A DNA stretch of 64,000 nucleotides from assembly GCA_043778225.1 (NCBI GenBank), contig JAYWGM010000092.1, positions 1 through 64,000 on the forward strand. Direction: 5' to 3'. Of the stretch, positions 1-9,196 are shown in pieces. The DNA is from Deinococcales bacterium. Lineage in GTDB: Bacteria; Deinococcota; Deinococci; Deinococcales; JAAFIG01. The notes under the pieces were generated by a model. The model searched no databases, had not been told where the DNA came from, and was given only the letters and a program-made list of their open reading frames with translations. The translations under genes and the position numbers were made by a program. Positions within the stretch are counted from its first letter, which is position 1; the number at the start of each line of letters is the position of its first letter.

Positions 1-242
1 AACGGTCAAACTGTCGCTCAAGCGTTAATTCGGTCTTTTATCACTCCTTTTAGTCGGTTAATCAGTCAAAATACACGACTGATTAACATAACTTGGTATC
101 AGATACCAAGACAACCAAAAATTTAAGGTTGGCTGATTTGATTGGTTTGACTTTTAAGGTTTATTCAATAGTTCTAACTGTCATACCCAACGCCGTGGCA
201 AGTTGTTTTTATAAGGCTTTTGCACCTTGAGTCTCGAGCCAT

Positions 243-271
243 TTGCAATATAGTCCAAAATGACCTATACT
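243..271 (+). promoter_or_regulatory. sigma70-type promoter with imperfect palindrome (likely TA operator)
   Basis: TTGCAA-17 bp-TATACT; GTG 6 nt downstream (278); imperfect inverted repeat in the spacer. Confidence 0.55.
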
Positions 272-328
272 TAAATTGTGAATGTCAATAGCTTACCGCA
301 CCATACGAGAGGCAAGAGGCAGACCATC

Positions 329-736
329 ATGACAAGCCTAAACAGTGTTATTAAAACATGGCAAACTTTCCAGCAACAAATTCAAGCCCCAGAAACCGAA
401 GCCGATTACCTCGAGTTACTAGAATTCACCACCAATCTAATCGAAAAGTACGACACAAACACCGAACCATACCGCAGTTTATGGCGTGTGCTGGCTGGTT
501 ACGCCCTCGAGTGGGAAAAGCACAACGAACCTAAGCCGCTCGAGTCTAGCGTGGGCGAATTACTGCAAACACTGATGGATGCCCATGGTTTAACCCAGTA
601 CAAATTGGCTCAAGAAGGTGTGGTGAACCAATCAGCATTATCGAAGATTTTGCGCGGAAAACGTGGTATTGGCAAGGTTTTAGCCAAGCGATTTGCGAAT
701 CGGTTTCAAGTGCCAGCCAGTATTTTTTTAGTCTGA
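329..736 (+). CDS. HigA-like XRE HTH antitoxin
   Basis: ETEADY...YALEWEKH motif, then cro/XRE HTH (LMDAHGLTQYKLAQ..QSALSKILRGKRGI); ATG at 329 within ORF 278..736. Confidence 0.75.
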   Translation: MTSLNSVIKTWQTFQQQIQAPETEADYLELLEFTTNLIEKYDTNTEPYRSLWRVLAGYALEWEKHNEPKPLESSVGELLQTLMDAHGLTQYKLAQEGVVNQSALSKILRGKRGIGKVLAKRFANRFQVPASIFLV

Positions 737-3700
737 GGCTCGAGTCGAAATTTGGTTATCCGTGCGTAGCTGTGCCATATCCATTTCAATGGTTCTGACC
801 GTCACACCCAACGCAGTCGCCAATTGTCTTTGCAGGGCTTTTGCACCTTGAGCTTGAGCCTCGAGCATTAGGCGTTTTAAGCGGTGATTACGCAGGGCAA
901 CCTTGCCGTTCTGCTCGAGATGCGCTTTGTCCGAAGCGCCACTGTCAAGCGTCCAAGTGACTTCTATTGTACCTTCGCCAGTTAAAGCAGGAAGTTCAAT
1001 AATTATTGTCTCGAGATTTTGTTGTTGCCAAGCGGTTTCTATGGCTTTGGCGTAGTACACATTGCTCAGCATGACTTGCCGATTCTCGAGGGTTTCGATT
1101 TGAGTTGCAAAACGCAGTAAGGCAAATCGTGCCAATTCTAAATCCATTGGTTTTTGATAAATTAAATAAGTTGTGTAGTAAACACGCATTGAACCAGCAT
1201 TTTTTTCATATAATCCTTGCTCTGCCAAAACTTCTGTAAGTGCTTTTTCAGCTTTTTCTTTGTTCCCTGCCAAGAATTCAAGTTCGGCAATAATACGCAT
1301 ATTTTGTTTTTCGCCTTGAAAATTCAATAACTCGAGTGCCTCTGAGTAACGCTTTTGGGTATGGTAAGCCAGAACAAGGACTTTTTTTGCTTTAGCAGTA
1401 GAGTAAGAATTTGGCATTTTTTGAAGCCATTTTATTAAAGGCAGAACAATGTATTCTGCATCTTGTGTTCTCCCAAGCAATAGAAAAACCTCGGCAAGAT
1501 CACCAAAATAATATGCGATTTGACTTTCATCTAGTTGATCTTTTGCTTTTGGCGCACGTTCTGCTAATTCTTCTGCCCAAACAAGTGCTTCTTCAAATCG
1601 TCCAAGCATTTTTAGGGATTCAGAAATATTTGAAAGTGTGGCATCGATTGCTTTTCCAATGCCAAGCGTATAGCAAACGTCGAGTTGCTTTTGAAAAACT
1701 TTGCAAGCTAATTCAAAATGTTCATTAAGGTGAGCTAATGCACCTTTGATATTATACAATTGGAATGCTTGAGCGGCTAGTTCAGGATGGATTTCAAGTA
1801 AGGTTTCGGCTTCCCCAAGAACTTGCCAAGCTATATCGTATTTTCCGTTGCGAATTTGCGAATTGATTAGTGCAGTGAACATTCTGAATTTTTGCTGGAC
1901 AGGAATTGCTGTTATTTGACTCAATTGATATGCTGACATTGCAAAATGAAGTGCCATTTCAGATTCAAGAAAAGTTTTAGCAATAATGGCAGAAATAGAA
2001 CTTAGGGCATCAATCTCACGGGCTGCATCTTTTATTTCTCGAGTAAAAGATAGTAGTGCTTCAGCAGCAGCAAAGGTTAATTGTTTTTCTCCTTTATCCG
2101 CCAAAATAGTAACTTTCAACCGCATGATTCTAAAAATCAGTTTACTATCTTGTTGTTCACGGGCAGCAATTTCTAAAGATTCTATCTCTTCAATAGTTTG
2201 ATTACCCGGTGATTCTGTTTGGGCAAGTTGCAGTTCCAATAGGTTTAAGTAAGTCATTTCTAGTTGATTAGGTAACGGAATTTGATTATTTGTTCGTGCT
2301 TGGTTTATATAACTGTGAGTCTCCTGAAATGAACTTAAACTAAATGCTTCCTCAGCAGCCATTCGGTAAAAAGGCACACTCTGCGCCAATAAGCCCGCTT
2401 CCTCTGCATGGTGCGCTAAAACGGCAGCTTGAGCCTTTTGTATTTTCAAAACTTCAAAAGCAACACCATGCCATTTCTGACGAATCTCGAGTTTCATTTG
2501 TTCGTACACAAAAACCCGTGTTAAATCATGTTGAAATCCCAGGGCTGGTTCACTATGCAAAAACCGAGTCTCGAGGAGTTGAGCTATTGGTGGTTGAACG
2601 CCGAGCATGGCTTCCCAAGTTTCTAAGTCAAGGTGCTTTCCAAGTACCGAAGCCGCCTCGAGTGCATCTTGTGCTTTGCTATCCAACTTATTAAACCGAC
2701 TTTGAAAAGCATCTTCTAGGTGCTTATCGGCTTTGTTTCCCAGTACCAATTCTTGAAACACCAATGGATTACCTGCACTGATGCGGTGCATCTGTTCGAG
2801 TTCTTTAACTCCAATTTTCTTGCCTTGTCCTCGAGCCAATTGAGTGCATTCTTCTAAGCTCAGTCCGTCGAGTGCAAAATGCAGAATTTGTTGATTCTGA
2901 CGAATTTCGGTAATGGTTTCTGTGGCTTTTTGATTGTCCTTTAATTCTTGGCTTCGAGCGCTCAAGACCAGTAATACAGGTCGTTGCTTGGTAATTCGGG
3001 CTAACATTTTTAGCACAGTCCAAAATAAATCCCCCGCCCAGTGCAAGTCGTCAAGTAACCAAATCGTGGGTTGCTCGAGGTGGCGCAACCAGCGTTCGAG
3101 TGCGGCTGTGACCACTTGTGGATTGGCTTGGCTCTCCGAATCCGAACTATTCCTAACCAGTGGCTCGAGGTTCTTTTGAATCAGTGCTGTGGCTTGCTCG
3201 AGTAACACCGCCACGTTTTGTATGGCTTGCTCGAGTGGGGCATAAGCGGGTGTGCTGTTGGCGGCTGCTCCGTATAAAACTGGAATTTGATGCCATTGTG
3301 CAAGTGACTTTAACTCGAGCAGTAAACGAGTTTTACCCAGTCCGGGTTCGCCCTCGAGCAGAATGATATTGCCTTGTCCGACCCGCACCGCATTAAGGGC
3401 ATTGGTCAGCGATTGCCATTCGCGGTTGCGTCCGACCATGACTTGCTGTGCTTGGTTGTTCTGCTGCTCGAGTTGGCGCTTTAAGTCTTTAATAAAAACT
3501 TGGGTTTCGGGTTTGGCTTGGCTCGAGAATTCTTGGCTCAGAATGGTCTCGAGTTTTTCAAATGTGCTGATGGCTTCGGGTAAACGTTTTTCGGTGGCGT
3601 ACAAGCGTATCAGGTGCGTGTGTGCTTCTTCGTTCCAAGGCTCAAGCAGAATTAGTCGTTGCGCCAGTTGAATCGCTCGGCTCGAGTCGGTTGCTAAGCA

Positions 3701-4159
3701 GTGTTGCAGCGCTTGGCGCAAACCGCTCAGCATGGCTTGGTGCAGTTCTGAGCGCCAGTTGTCCAACCACGGAAGATCCTCGCCTTCTATTAAATCACCT
3801 TGGTATAGCTCGAGTGCCTTAAACCAATCTTGTGGTTCGGGGCTGCCCATCAGTTGCTTAAATTCTTGGGCATCGGTCCAAATGGGTTTTAAGCAGAGCG
3901 TTGTTGCATCGCCTAAAATGTAGTTTGCAATTTCTGGGTGTTCTTGGCGCATACGGTACAAGCTGTTGGCGAGGCGTTTACGACCTTGTTCATCGGTGCA
4001 GTCTGTCCAGATGGCTCGAGCGAGGCGCACTCTAGGCAGTGGCACACCAGATTTTTGCTGCATCGTCAGCCACGCCAGAATTTGGCTGTGACTCTTGGAA
4101 AGTGGCGTGGTCTTATCGCCAATTTCCAGATGTGGTTGTGCCAACAGATAGAGGTGCAT
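728..4159 (-). CDS. SARP/BTAD-AAA ATPase-TPR (STAND-type) transcriptional regulator with C-terminal HTH
   Basis: N-terminal wHTH+BTAD (ALELYQGDL, LEPWNEEAH), Walker A GEPGLGKT, Walker B LLDDLHWA, GNPL, TPR-like helices, C-terminal 'LATALGVTVRTIEMD'. Confidence 0.85.
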   Translation of the reverse strand: MHLYLLAQPHLEIGDKTTPLSKSHSQILAWLTMQQKSGVPLPRVRLARAIWTDCTDEQGRKRLANSLYRMRQEHPEIANYILGDATTLCLKPIWTDAQEFKQLMGSPEPQDWFKALELYQGDLIEGEDLPWLDNWRSELHQAMLSGLRQALQHCLATDSSRAIQLAQRLILLEPWNEEAHTHLIRLYATEKRLPEAISTFEKLETILSQEFSSQAKPETQVFIKDLKRQLEQQNNQAQQVMVGRNREWQSLTNALNAVRVGQGNIILLEGEPGLGKTRLLLELKSLAQWHQIPVLYGAAANSTPAYAPLEQAIQNVAVLLEQATALIQKNLEPLVRNSSDSESQANPQVVTAALERWLRHLEQPTIWLLDDLHWAGDLFWTVLKMLARITKQRPVLLVLSARSQELKDNQKATETITEIRQNQQILHFALDGLSLEECTQLARGQGKKIGVKELEQMHRISAGNPLVFQELVLGNKADKHLEDAFQSRFNKLDSKAQDALEAASVLGKHLDLETWEAMLGVQPPIAQLLETRFLHSEPALGFQHDLTRVFVYEQMKLEIRQKWHGVAFEVLKIQKAQAAVLAHHAEEAGLLAQSVPFYRMAAEEAFSLSSFQETHSYINQARTNNQIPLPNQLEMTYLNLLELQLAQTESPGNQTIEEIESLEIAAREQQDSKLIFRIMRLKVTILADKGEKQLTFAAAEALLSFTREIKDAAREIDALSSISAIIAKTFLESEMALHFAMSAYQLSQITAIPVQQKFRMFTALINSQIRNGKYDIAWQVLGEAETLLEIHPELAAQAFQLYNIKGALAHLNEHFELACKVFQKQLDVCYTLGIGKAIDATLSNISESLKMLGRFEEALVWAEELAERAPKAKDQLDESQIAYYFGDLAEVFLLLGRTQDAEYIVLPLIKWLQKMPNSYSTAKAKKVLVLAYHTQKRYSEALELLNFQGEKQNMRIIAELEFLAGNKEKAEKALTEVLAEQGLYEKNAGSMRVYYTTYLIYQKPMDLELARFALLRFATQIETLENRQVMLSNVYYAKAIETAWQQQNLETIIIELPALTGEGTIEVTWTLDSGASDKAHLEQNGKVALRNHRLKRLMLEAQAQGAKALQRQLATALGVTVRTIEMDMAQLRTDNQISTRASD

Positions 4160-4353
4160 GAAAGCTCATTGTACTGCCTAATCCCAGTTTTTGTGAGAAG
4201 GGTTTATTTTTTGCTATTGACATAATTTCGGGTGATTTTCGACGCAAATTCACCAAGCGGAAGTTGAGAGAGAGCCAGTTTATACGCTTCTCCCACGGTT
4301 AAGACGGGAGTCCGTGCAAATCGCAAACCCAATAGCTTGAAAAGGAAAAACAT

Positions 4354-4491
4354 ATGAACGAACCCCTAGAAATCCCGCAAAAACTCGAGTACACCGCCCC
4401 AAAACTCGAGCAACAACCACAATTTGTGACCATTACAGGTGCATCATTCCCGTTTGGCACAGTTTTAGGACAAGAAGGTGATGACAAATGA
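4354..4491 (+). CDS. 45-aa small peptide with lasso/RiPP-leader-like YxxPxL motif (not in ORF track)
   Basis: SD AAAGGA then ATG; MNEPLEIPQKLEYTAPKLEQQPQFVTITGASFPFGTVLGQEGDDK; stop overlaps next start (ATGA). Confidence 0.7.
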   Translation: MNEPLEIPQKLEYTAPKLEQQPQFVTITGASFPFGTVLGQEGDDK

Positions 4492-6767
4492 AAAAAGCCC
4501 TTATTTTATTTGGTGTGGTCACAGCCACCTTGATTTCTTGTCAAAGCACACCGAAACTCGAGAACAGTTCAAATCAGCGCTTACTTGGTACACTCGAGGT
4601 CAGTTTTGGGGCTGAAAACGGCAGAGCCAAAGCCACTTTCTCGCCCTCGAGAATGGCTGGTCAAGCCTTGGTCAACGAAGCTCAATTGCTTTTCACGGCT
4701 GGGACTTACTCGGCTGCAACCCAAACCACACCAAGCAGAAAATTCTTAAATGCCCAGTTCACGGTGCGTAACTTAACAGGGGCAAGTCTGTCGAATTTAA
4801 CTCTGGTGGCATACCGCAAAAACGGCAACATCGGTAATACTGCCCTCAAAAGCGTCACGGATTTTGGTGGAATTACCACAACCTCGAGTAACCTACGCCT
4901 TGCCACAGTTGCGACCTATGCCCAATCGGTGCGCCCTAGCCAAGCCATGAGTGGTAACGGCACAGTTGCTGTGGTCGCAGGACAAGAGGATTTGGCATTA
5001 TTTACCGAATACGACCTGAACGCCATGACCACAACCGCAGGAGCAGCCCTTGCAAGCGGTGAATACCTTTTGCCTTATGGCTTTACAGTGCGTGATTTAG
5101 CCGCCCCAACTGCTGCCACCCAACGCACGATTACTGCCAGCAACAGCGCTGACACTGGAACGGTCACACTGGCAATGGGTGTGAATGGCACGAACGAACC
5201 AACTGTTCCAACTGCCTACCGTTTTAGTTACACCGCACTGGTTTTTGAAAATCCAACACCAGTTACCCAAGTTTCGGCTAGTCTCGAGGAAAAACCAAGT
5301 GCTTCTGTGGTTTCACGCCGTGGTGGACTTGCCCCTGCCGAAGCGGTAACGCTGTACTCTTCGAGCCAGAATCAATTGGCAGACTTTGCTTTGCATCAAA
5401 ACGGAGAGTACGCCAATGCTTGCCAAGTGCGAATTGCTGGAACTGCCACAGTCCCAGAAGCCTACTTAGAAAGTGTTGCCCCAAGTGTTATCTCGAGTCA
5501 ACTTAATCCTTGCTTTGGCGGTGGCGGTTTACACACGGTTAATAATGGTCAACGCTACATCAACACCGACGTTGCGGTTCTATCCGATGGTCGAATTGCC
5601 ACTGTAGGACAGTACGGTTCTGGTACGACCACGACTGGTTCGTATGCCAGTATGGTTTTGCCAGATGGTTCACGCCAAGCCCTGCGTTCAATTAACGCGC
5701 ACACCACCAGCACAGGCAATACCTTTTACACCAGTATTGCCGTAGATTCACAAAACCGCATTATTCGGGCGGGCTACACCGAGGATTTAGGCGTGACAGC
5801 ACTGGTGATTGGACGCAATTTGCCCGATGCAACCCTTTCTAACGATACGACCTTCTCGAGCATTGACCATGTAATCACCACAATTCATGCTGCAACAGGT
5901 TCAGAACACGTGATTAACGACATTGCCGTGCAATCCGATGATAAAATTGTGGCTGTCGGACGAGTCAAAAATGGTACGGCTGGCAATAACGATGTATTCC
6001 TGATACGGTACAACACCAATGGTACACTCGATACCACATTTAACACCACGGGCTATGTGATAGACGATGTGGATGGCGGTAGCTTAGACAACCAAGCGCT
6101 CAGTGTGCTGATAGACTCGAGCGGAAAAATTATTTTGGGTGGTAAACAAAATAATCCTGGTGCTTTTTTAATGATGCGGTTCACCAGTGCAGGCGCTCGA
6201 GACAATACTTTTAACAGCATTGGGCATAAAATTCAAGGCATTACCAACGGCACGGATGATGCCGCTAATAGTATTGCGCTGCAAGGCACAAAAATCTTGT
6301 TTTCTGGATACACCAATCCAAATTCAACCCAAACGGGTTTGGCGGTGCTGCGAATCAATAATGATGGTACTTTAGACACAACTTTTGGCACAGGTGGCGA
6401 ACTGATTTACACCAGCATCAATCCTTCTCGAGTCCGTGCCAATAAAATTGTTGTTCAGCCCAATAATCGCTTTCTTATTGCCGGAACTTTAGAAGGACCC
6501 GGTAATTTAGCTTCGGCTTTTGTAGCTCGTTACTTAGCTGATGGCGCACCCGAAAATACGTTTAACAGCACTGGAGTCCCTGCATTATATATCCAAAAAT
6601 ACGAATTTATGACCAATCAAAATGCGTATAAAGCAGGGGTTCATTCAGCCTTGCTTCTTGGAACACCGACCAATGGCAAATTGTTAATCGCTGGCTACTT
6701 CATGGATTCAAACATTCTAGGAAATCGTCGGGGAATGTTAGCTCAAGTCAACCTTGGCGCGAACTAA
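4488..6767 (+). CDS. Large lipoprotein with C-terminal delta-60 repeat beta-propeller
   Basis: Lipobox LIS-C; repeats 'RYNTNGTLDTTF', 'RINNDGTLDTTFGTGG', 'IAVQSDDKIVAVG'. Confidence 0.8.
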   Translation: MKKALILFGVVTATLISCQSTPKLENSSNQRLLGTLEVSFGAENGRAKATFSPSRMAGQALVNEAQLLFTAGTYSAATQTTPSRKFLNAQFTVRNLTGASLSNLTLVAYRKNGNIGNTALKSVTDFGGITTTSSNLRLATVATYAQSVRPSQAMSGNGTVAVVAGQEDLALFTEYDLNAMTTTAGAALASGEYLLPYGFTVRDLAAPTAATQRTITASNSADTGTVTLAMGVNGTNEPTVPTAYRFSYTALVFENPTPVTQVSASLEEKPSASVVSRRGGLAPAEAVTLYSSSQNQLADFALHQNGEYANACQVRIAGTATVPEAYLESVAPSVISSQLNPCFGGGGLHTVNNGQRYINTDVAVLSDGRIATVGQYGSGTTTTGSYASMVLPDGSRQALRSINAHTTSTGNTFYTSIAVDSQNRIIRAGYTEDLGVTALVIGRNLPDATLSNDTTFSSIDHVITTIHAATGSEHVINDIAVQSDDKIVAVGRVKNGTAGNNDVFLIRYNTNGTLDTTFNTTGYVIDDVDGGSLDNQALSVLIDSSGKIILGGKQNNPGAFLMMRFTSAGARDNTFNSIGHKIQGITNGTDDAANSIALQGTKILFSGYTNPNSTQTGLAVLRINNDGTLDTTFGTGGELIYTSINPSRVRANKIVVQPNNRFLIAGTLEGPGNLASAFVARYLADGAPENTFNSTGVPALYIQKYEFMTNQNAYKAGVHSALLLGTPTNGKLLIAGYFMDSNILGNRRGMLAQVNLGAN

Positions 6768-6786
6768 AAAAATAAATTCTCGAGTG

Positions 6787-6822
6787 GGTCATTGGATTTA
6801 TCCAATGACCTATTATTTTTTT
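6787..6822 (+). terminator. Intrinsic terminator
   Basis: GGTCATTGGA-ttta-TCCAATGACC followed by T-rich run. Confidence 0.7.
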
Positions 6823-6833
6823 GAAGGGTTTTT

Positions 6834-7130
6834 TTAATCGGCAGCCTCAGCCAAACCAGTATTGACCACCACACCGTCTACAAATAAAACCCCAGTCCCG
6901 TGTTCAATATCCCAAGTGCATTCAAACTCGAGACCCCAAGAATTAGATTTGTGCAATAAAAGGCGCGGAAAACTCAGCAGCGCCTCGAACTCGGTTATGT
7001 TTTGAACCTTCGGAGCAAGTTCTGGCACTCCAAAATAATCCAAAGCGGAAGAATGGTAATACTCGAGCAGTGCCTCGAGTGCCAATTGTTTGTACTTTTC
7101 TGGCTGATGAATGGTACAACGTGATAAATT
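6834..7130 (-). pseudogene. Probable 5'-truncated conserved hypothetical protein fragment
   Basis: C-terminal 'GLEFECTWDIEHGTGV' motif resembles a conserved hypothetical family; the 5' end collides with the divergent gene. Confidence 0.4.
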
Positions 7131-7137
7131 GAAAGCC

Positions 7138-7506
7138 ATGAACTCAAGTGCTGCTAAACCTAAGGACATAGACCAGTACATTGCTGGTTTCCCAGCAGAA
7201 ATTCAAATAATTCTCGAGCAAGTCCGAAAAGTCATTGCAAAAGCTGCTCCAGACGCAAAAGAAATCATCAGCTATGGAATGCCAACCTTTACCCTGAACG
7301 GAAATTTAGTGCATTTTGCAGCCTTTAAGAACCACATCGGTTTGTATTCTATGCCAAGTGCCACAACCGAATTTCAGCAAGAACTCCTTATTTACAAAAG
7401 TGGTAAAGGTTCAATTCAATTTCTGCTCGAGAAACCCATGCCACTCGAGTTGATTCGGCGCATTGTTATGTTACGAATCCAAGAAAATTTGGCAAAGAAA
7501 AAATAG
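7138..7506 (+). CDS. DUF1801/YdhG-like protein
   Basis: IDQYIAGFP...EIISYGMPTF...HFAAFKNHIGLY...GKGSIQF. Confidence 0.85.
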   Translation: MNSSAAKPKDIDQYIAGFPAEIQIILEQVRKVIAKAAPDAKEIISYGMPTFTLNGNLVHFAAFKNHIGLYSMPSATTEFQQELLIYKSGKGSIQFLLEKPMPLELIRRIVMLRIQENLAKKK

Positions 7507-7811
7507 GCAACAAGAATTTTGTTGTGAAGTAAGCCCATGAAACTTTGTAGCGTGGCAGATGGACAAGAGCGCAACCATCTAGCCAATTACCAACGAGTTT
7601 TAGTCGAAGTCTGCCGAAAGTATGCCAAACAACGTCAGCCTCGTTCAGCATGGCAAAAGTTCTGGCTCGAGTGCTGTATTAAGCTGCAAGTGTTCATCAA
7701 CCTCAAAAAAATGTATTCATCAAGCAAACACTACTTTGGTACTTTGAACAAGCAGAAATGAGAATACAAACCTTAAAAATATCATGTTGGTTTGGGATTC
7801 GCACTGCTTGA

Positions 7812-7839
7812 CTCGAGCCACCAGCTTTCAAGCATGATG
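7812..7839 (+). repeat. Degenerate third copy of the TA-flanking repeat
   Basis: CTCGAGCCACCAGCT identical to the 9132 copy, followed by similar AAGCATGATG. Confidence 0.5.
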
Positions 7840-7862
7840 ATTTGAAAAGAGGTAAACCCAGA

Positions 7863-8102
7863 TTACGCCAGTACATCCTCAGCATCAGGGGCGACATTAG
7901 GCACAGATTGCAAAGCAGCTAAGAATTTTTCTCGAGAACCACGTTGGCTGCGTTCCTCGAGAATGGTTTGAGTCTCAAGGGCGCTTAGTTTCTCAGCAAC
8001 AGCCGTAGCAATTAAAGAATTAAGACTAATACCTTCATGTTCAGATAATTTCTTTAATTCCCGATGAACCGTGGTTGGTAAACGAACACTTAAAGTTGTC
8101 AT
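7863..8102 (-). CDS. Ribbon-helix-helix antitoxin (HicB-like RHH)
   Basis: TLSVRLPTTVHRELKKLSEHEGISLNSLI; overlaps PIN toxin stop. Confidence 0.8.
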   Translation of the reverse strand: MTTLSVRLPTTVHRELKKLSEHEGISLNSLIATAVAEKLSALETQTILEERSQRGSREKFLAALQSVPNVAPDAEDVLA

Positions 8103-8512
8103 GATTTGCTCCTTTGCAAAAACTCAAACGGACGAATGGTTTTAACTCCAAATTTATCTGAATCACGAAAGTCTCGGATATTGTAAGTCACAATGTAATC
8201 AGACCTAGCGTGCCATGCCAACTCGAGCAAGTGATCGTCTTTTGGGTCGCGCACGGCTGGTCGCCAAGTATAATAAAGACGTGGTTTAGTGGCAACACTG
8301 GCAAGATAATCGAGGACATCTTCAATGCTTTCATGACTAAGAGGAATTTTCATTTCTGGGCGTTTAAGAACATCTTCGTACTCGAGAATTAGGGCAGTCG
8401 AAAGGGCAATAGTAAATTCTTGTTGATACAGCTTAGTCAGGATTTGAAAAGCACTTCCTTGGTTTGAACGTAAGCCTGAAACTAAGATGTTGGTGTCAAG
8501 CACAACTTGCAT
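8099..8512 (-). CDS. PIN-domain (VapC-like) toxin
   Basis: VVLDTNILVS...E...RDPKDDHLLELA...IVTYNIRDF. Confidence 0.88.
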   Translation of the reverse strand: MQVVLDTNILVSGLRSNQGSAFQILTKLYQQEFTIALSTALILEYEDVLKRPEMKIPLSHESIEDVLDYLASVATKPRLYYTWRPAVRDPKDDHLLELAWHARSDYIVTYNIRDFRDSDKFGVKTIRPFEFLQRSKS

Positions 8513-8572
8513 AAATTATGGTAGCACAGATAGTACCAATCTACAAGTGCTTCAAGATTCTCGAGAATAGGC

Positions 8573-8613
8573 TTTTATGGCTCAAGCTACCAGCCAAAAG
8601 CGTGATGCTCGAG
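8573..8613 (+). repeat. 41 bp direct repeat, copy 1
   Basis: 37/41 identical to 9132..9172. Confidence 0.85.
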
Positions 8614-8617
8614 TGGA

Positions 8618-8878
8618 TTAACCGCGTTTAAGCAAGCGCTCGTACTCGTTGTGTCGTCCTATCCAAAACCAAACAATTCCAATTTTGTCATCTAAACCAA
8701 GAGCGCGATAATCATCCGTGATTCTAACCGACCATAAACGCCCAATGGGTTTTAACTGCAAACTTGGATGACGTGGATTTTCTTTGAGTAAGGCATAATT
8801 TTTGTCTGCCAGCATTTGAATTTCGGGCGGTAATTGATGATAAAAATCCCAGAAACTTGGACGGGTAAAGTGATTCAC
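8618..8878 (-). CDS. RelE/ParE-superfamily toxin
   Basis: LLKENPRHPSLQLKPIGRLWSVRI..YRALG...WFWIGRHNEYERL. Confidence 0.82.
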   Translation of the reverse strand: MNHFTRPSFWDFYHQLPPEIQMLADKNYALLKENPRHPSLQLKPIGRLWSVRITDDYRALGLDDKIGIVWFWIGRHNEYERLLKRG

Positions 8879-9072
8879 AGGGCTTTGATATTTCCAGAGT
8901 CAATATCGGTTTTTACAGCTTGGAGCAAAGCATCAAAATGACCTGCTTCTAGGTCGGCTGCAATTTGTGCATCCCAAGTGTCTGCCTCGAGTTGCCGAAT
9001 CCAACGGGCAAATTCAAGCAATTCGGTGCTTTCAAGTTTTTTGGTATTTTCTTTGAGTTCAACTAAGCTCAT
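8875..9072 (-). CDS. Putative antitoxin
   Basis: Small acidic protein 'WDAQIAADLEAGHFDAL' overlapping the toxin start. Confidence 0.75.
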   Translation of the reverse strand: MSLVELKENTKKLESTELLEFARWIRQLEADTWDAQIAADLEAGHFDALLQAVKTDIDSGNIKAL

Positions 9073-9131
9073 GAATGTATCGTACAACATAAATTACAGA
9101 TTGGAAGTTTGTGTTACTTTTGAGGACTGGG

Positions 9132-9172
9132 TTTTATGGCTCGAGCCACCAGCTAAAAGCGTGAAGCTCGAG
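9132..9172 (+). repeat. 41 bp direct repeat, copy 2
   Basis: TTTTATGGCTCGAGCCACCAGCTAAAAGCGTGAAGCTCGAG. Confidence 0.85.
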
Positions 9173-9196
9173 GCAGTGGGTCTGCCTTTTGAATAA

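Noticed and set aside
57..110. Two adjacent hairpins (GTTAATCAGTC/GACTGATTAAC; CTTGGTATC/GATACCAAG)
   Set aside because: At the window edge, with no context to assign them as operator, terminator or RNA
4354..4491. Second true lasso precursor
   Set aside because: No Asp/Glu at core positions 7-9 under the Thr(-2) rule and no adjacent cyclase
7537..7897. Short ORFs 7537..7761 and 7703..7897
   Set aside because: No recognisable motif; probably decayed sequence
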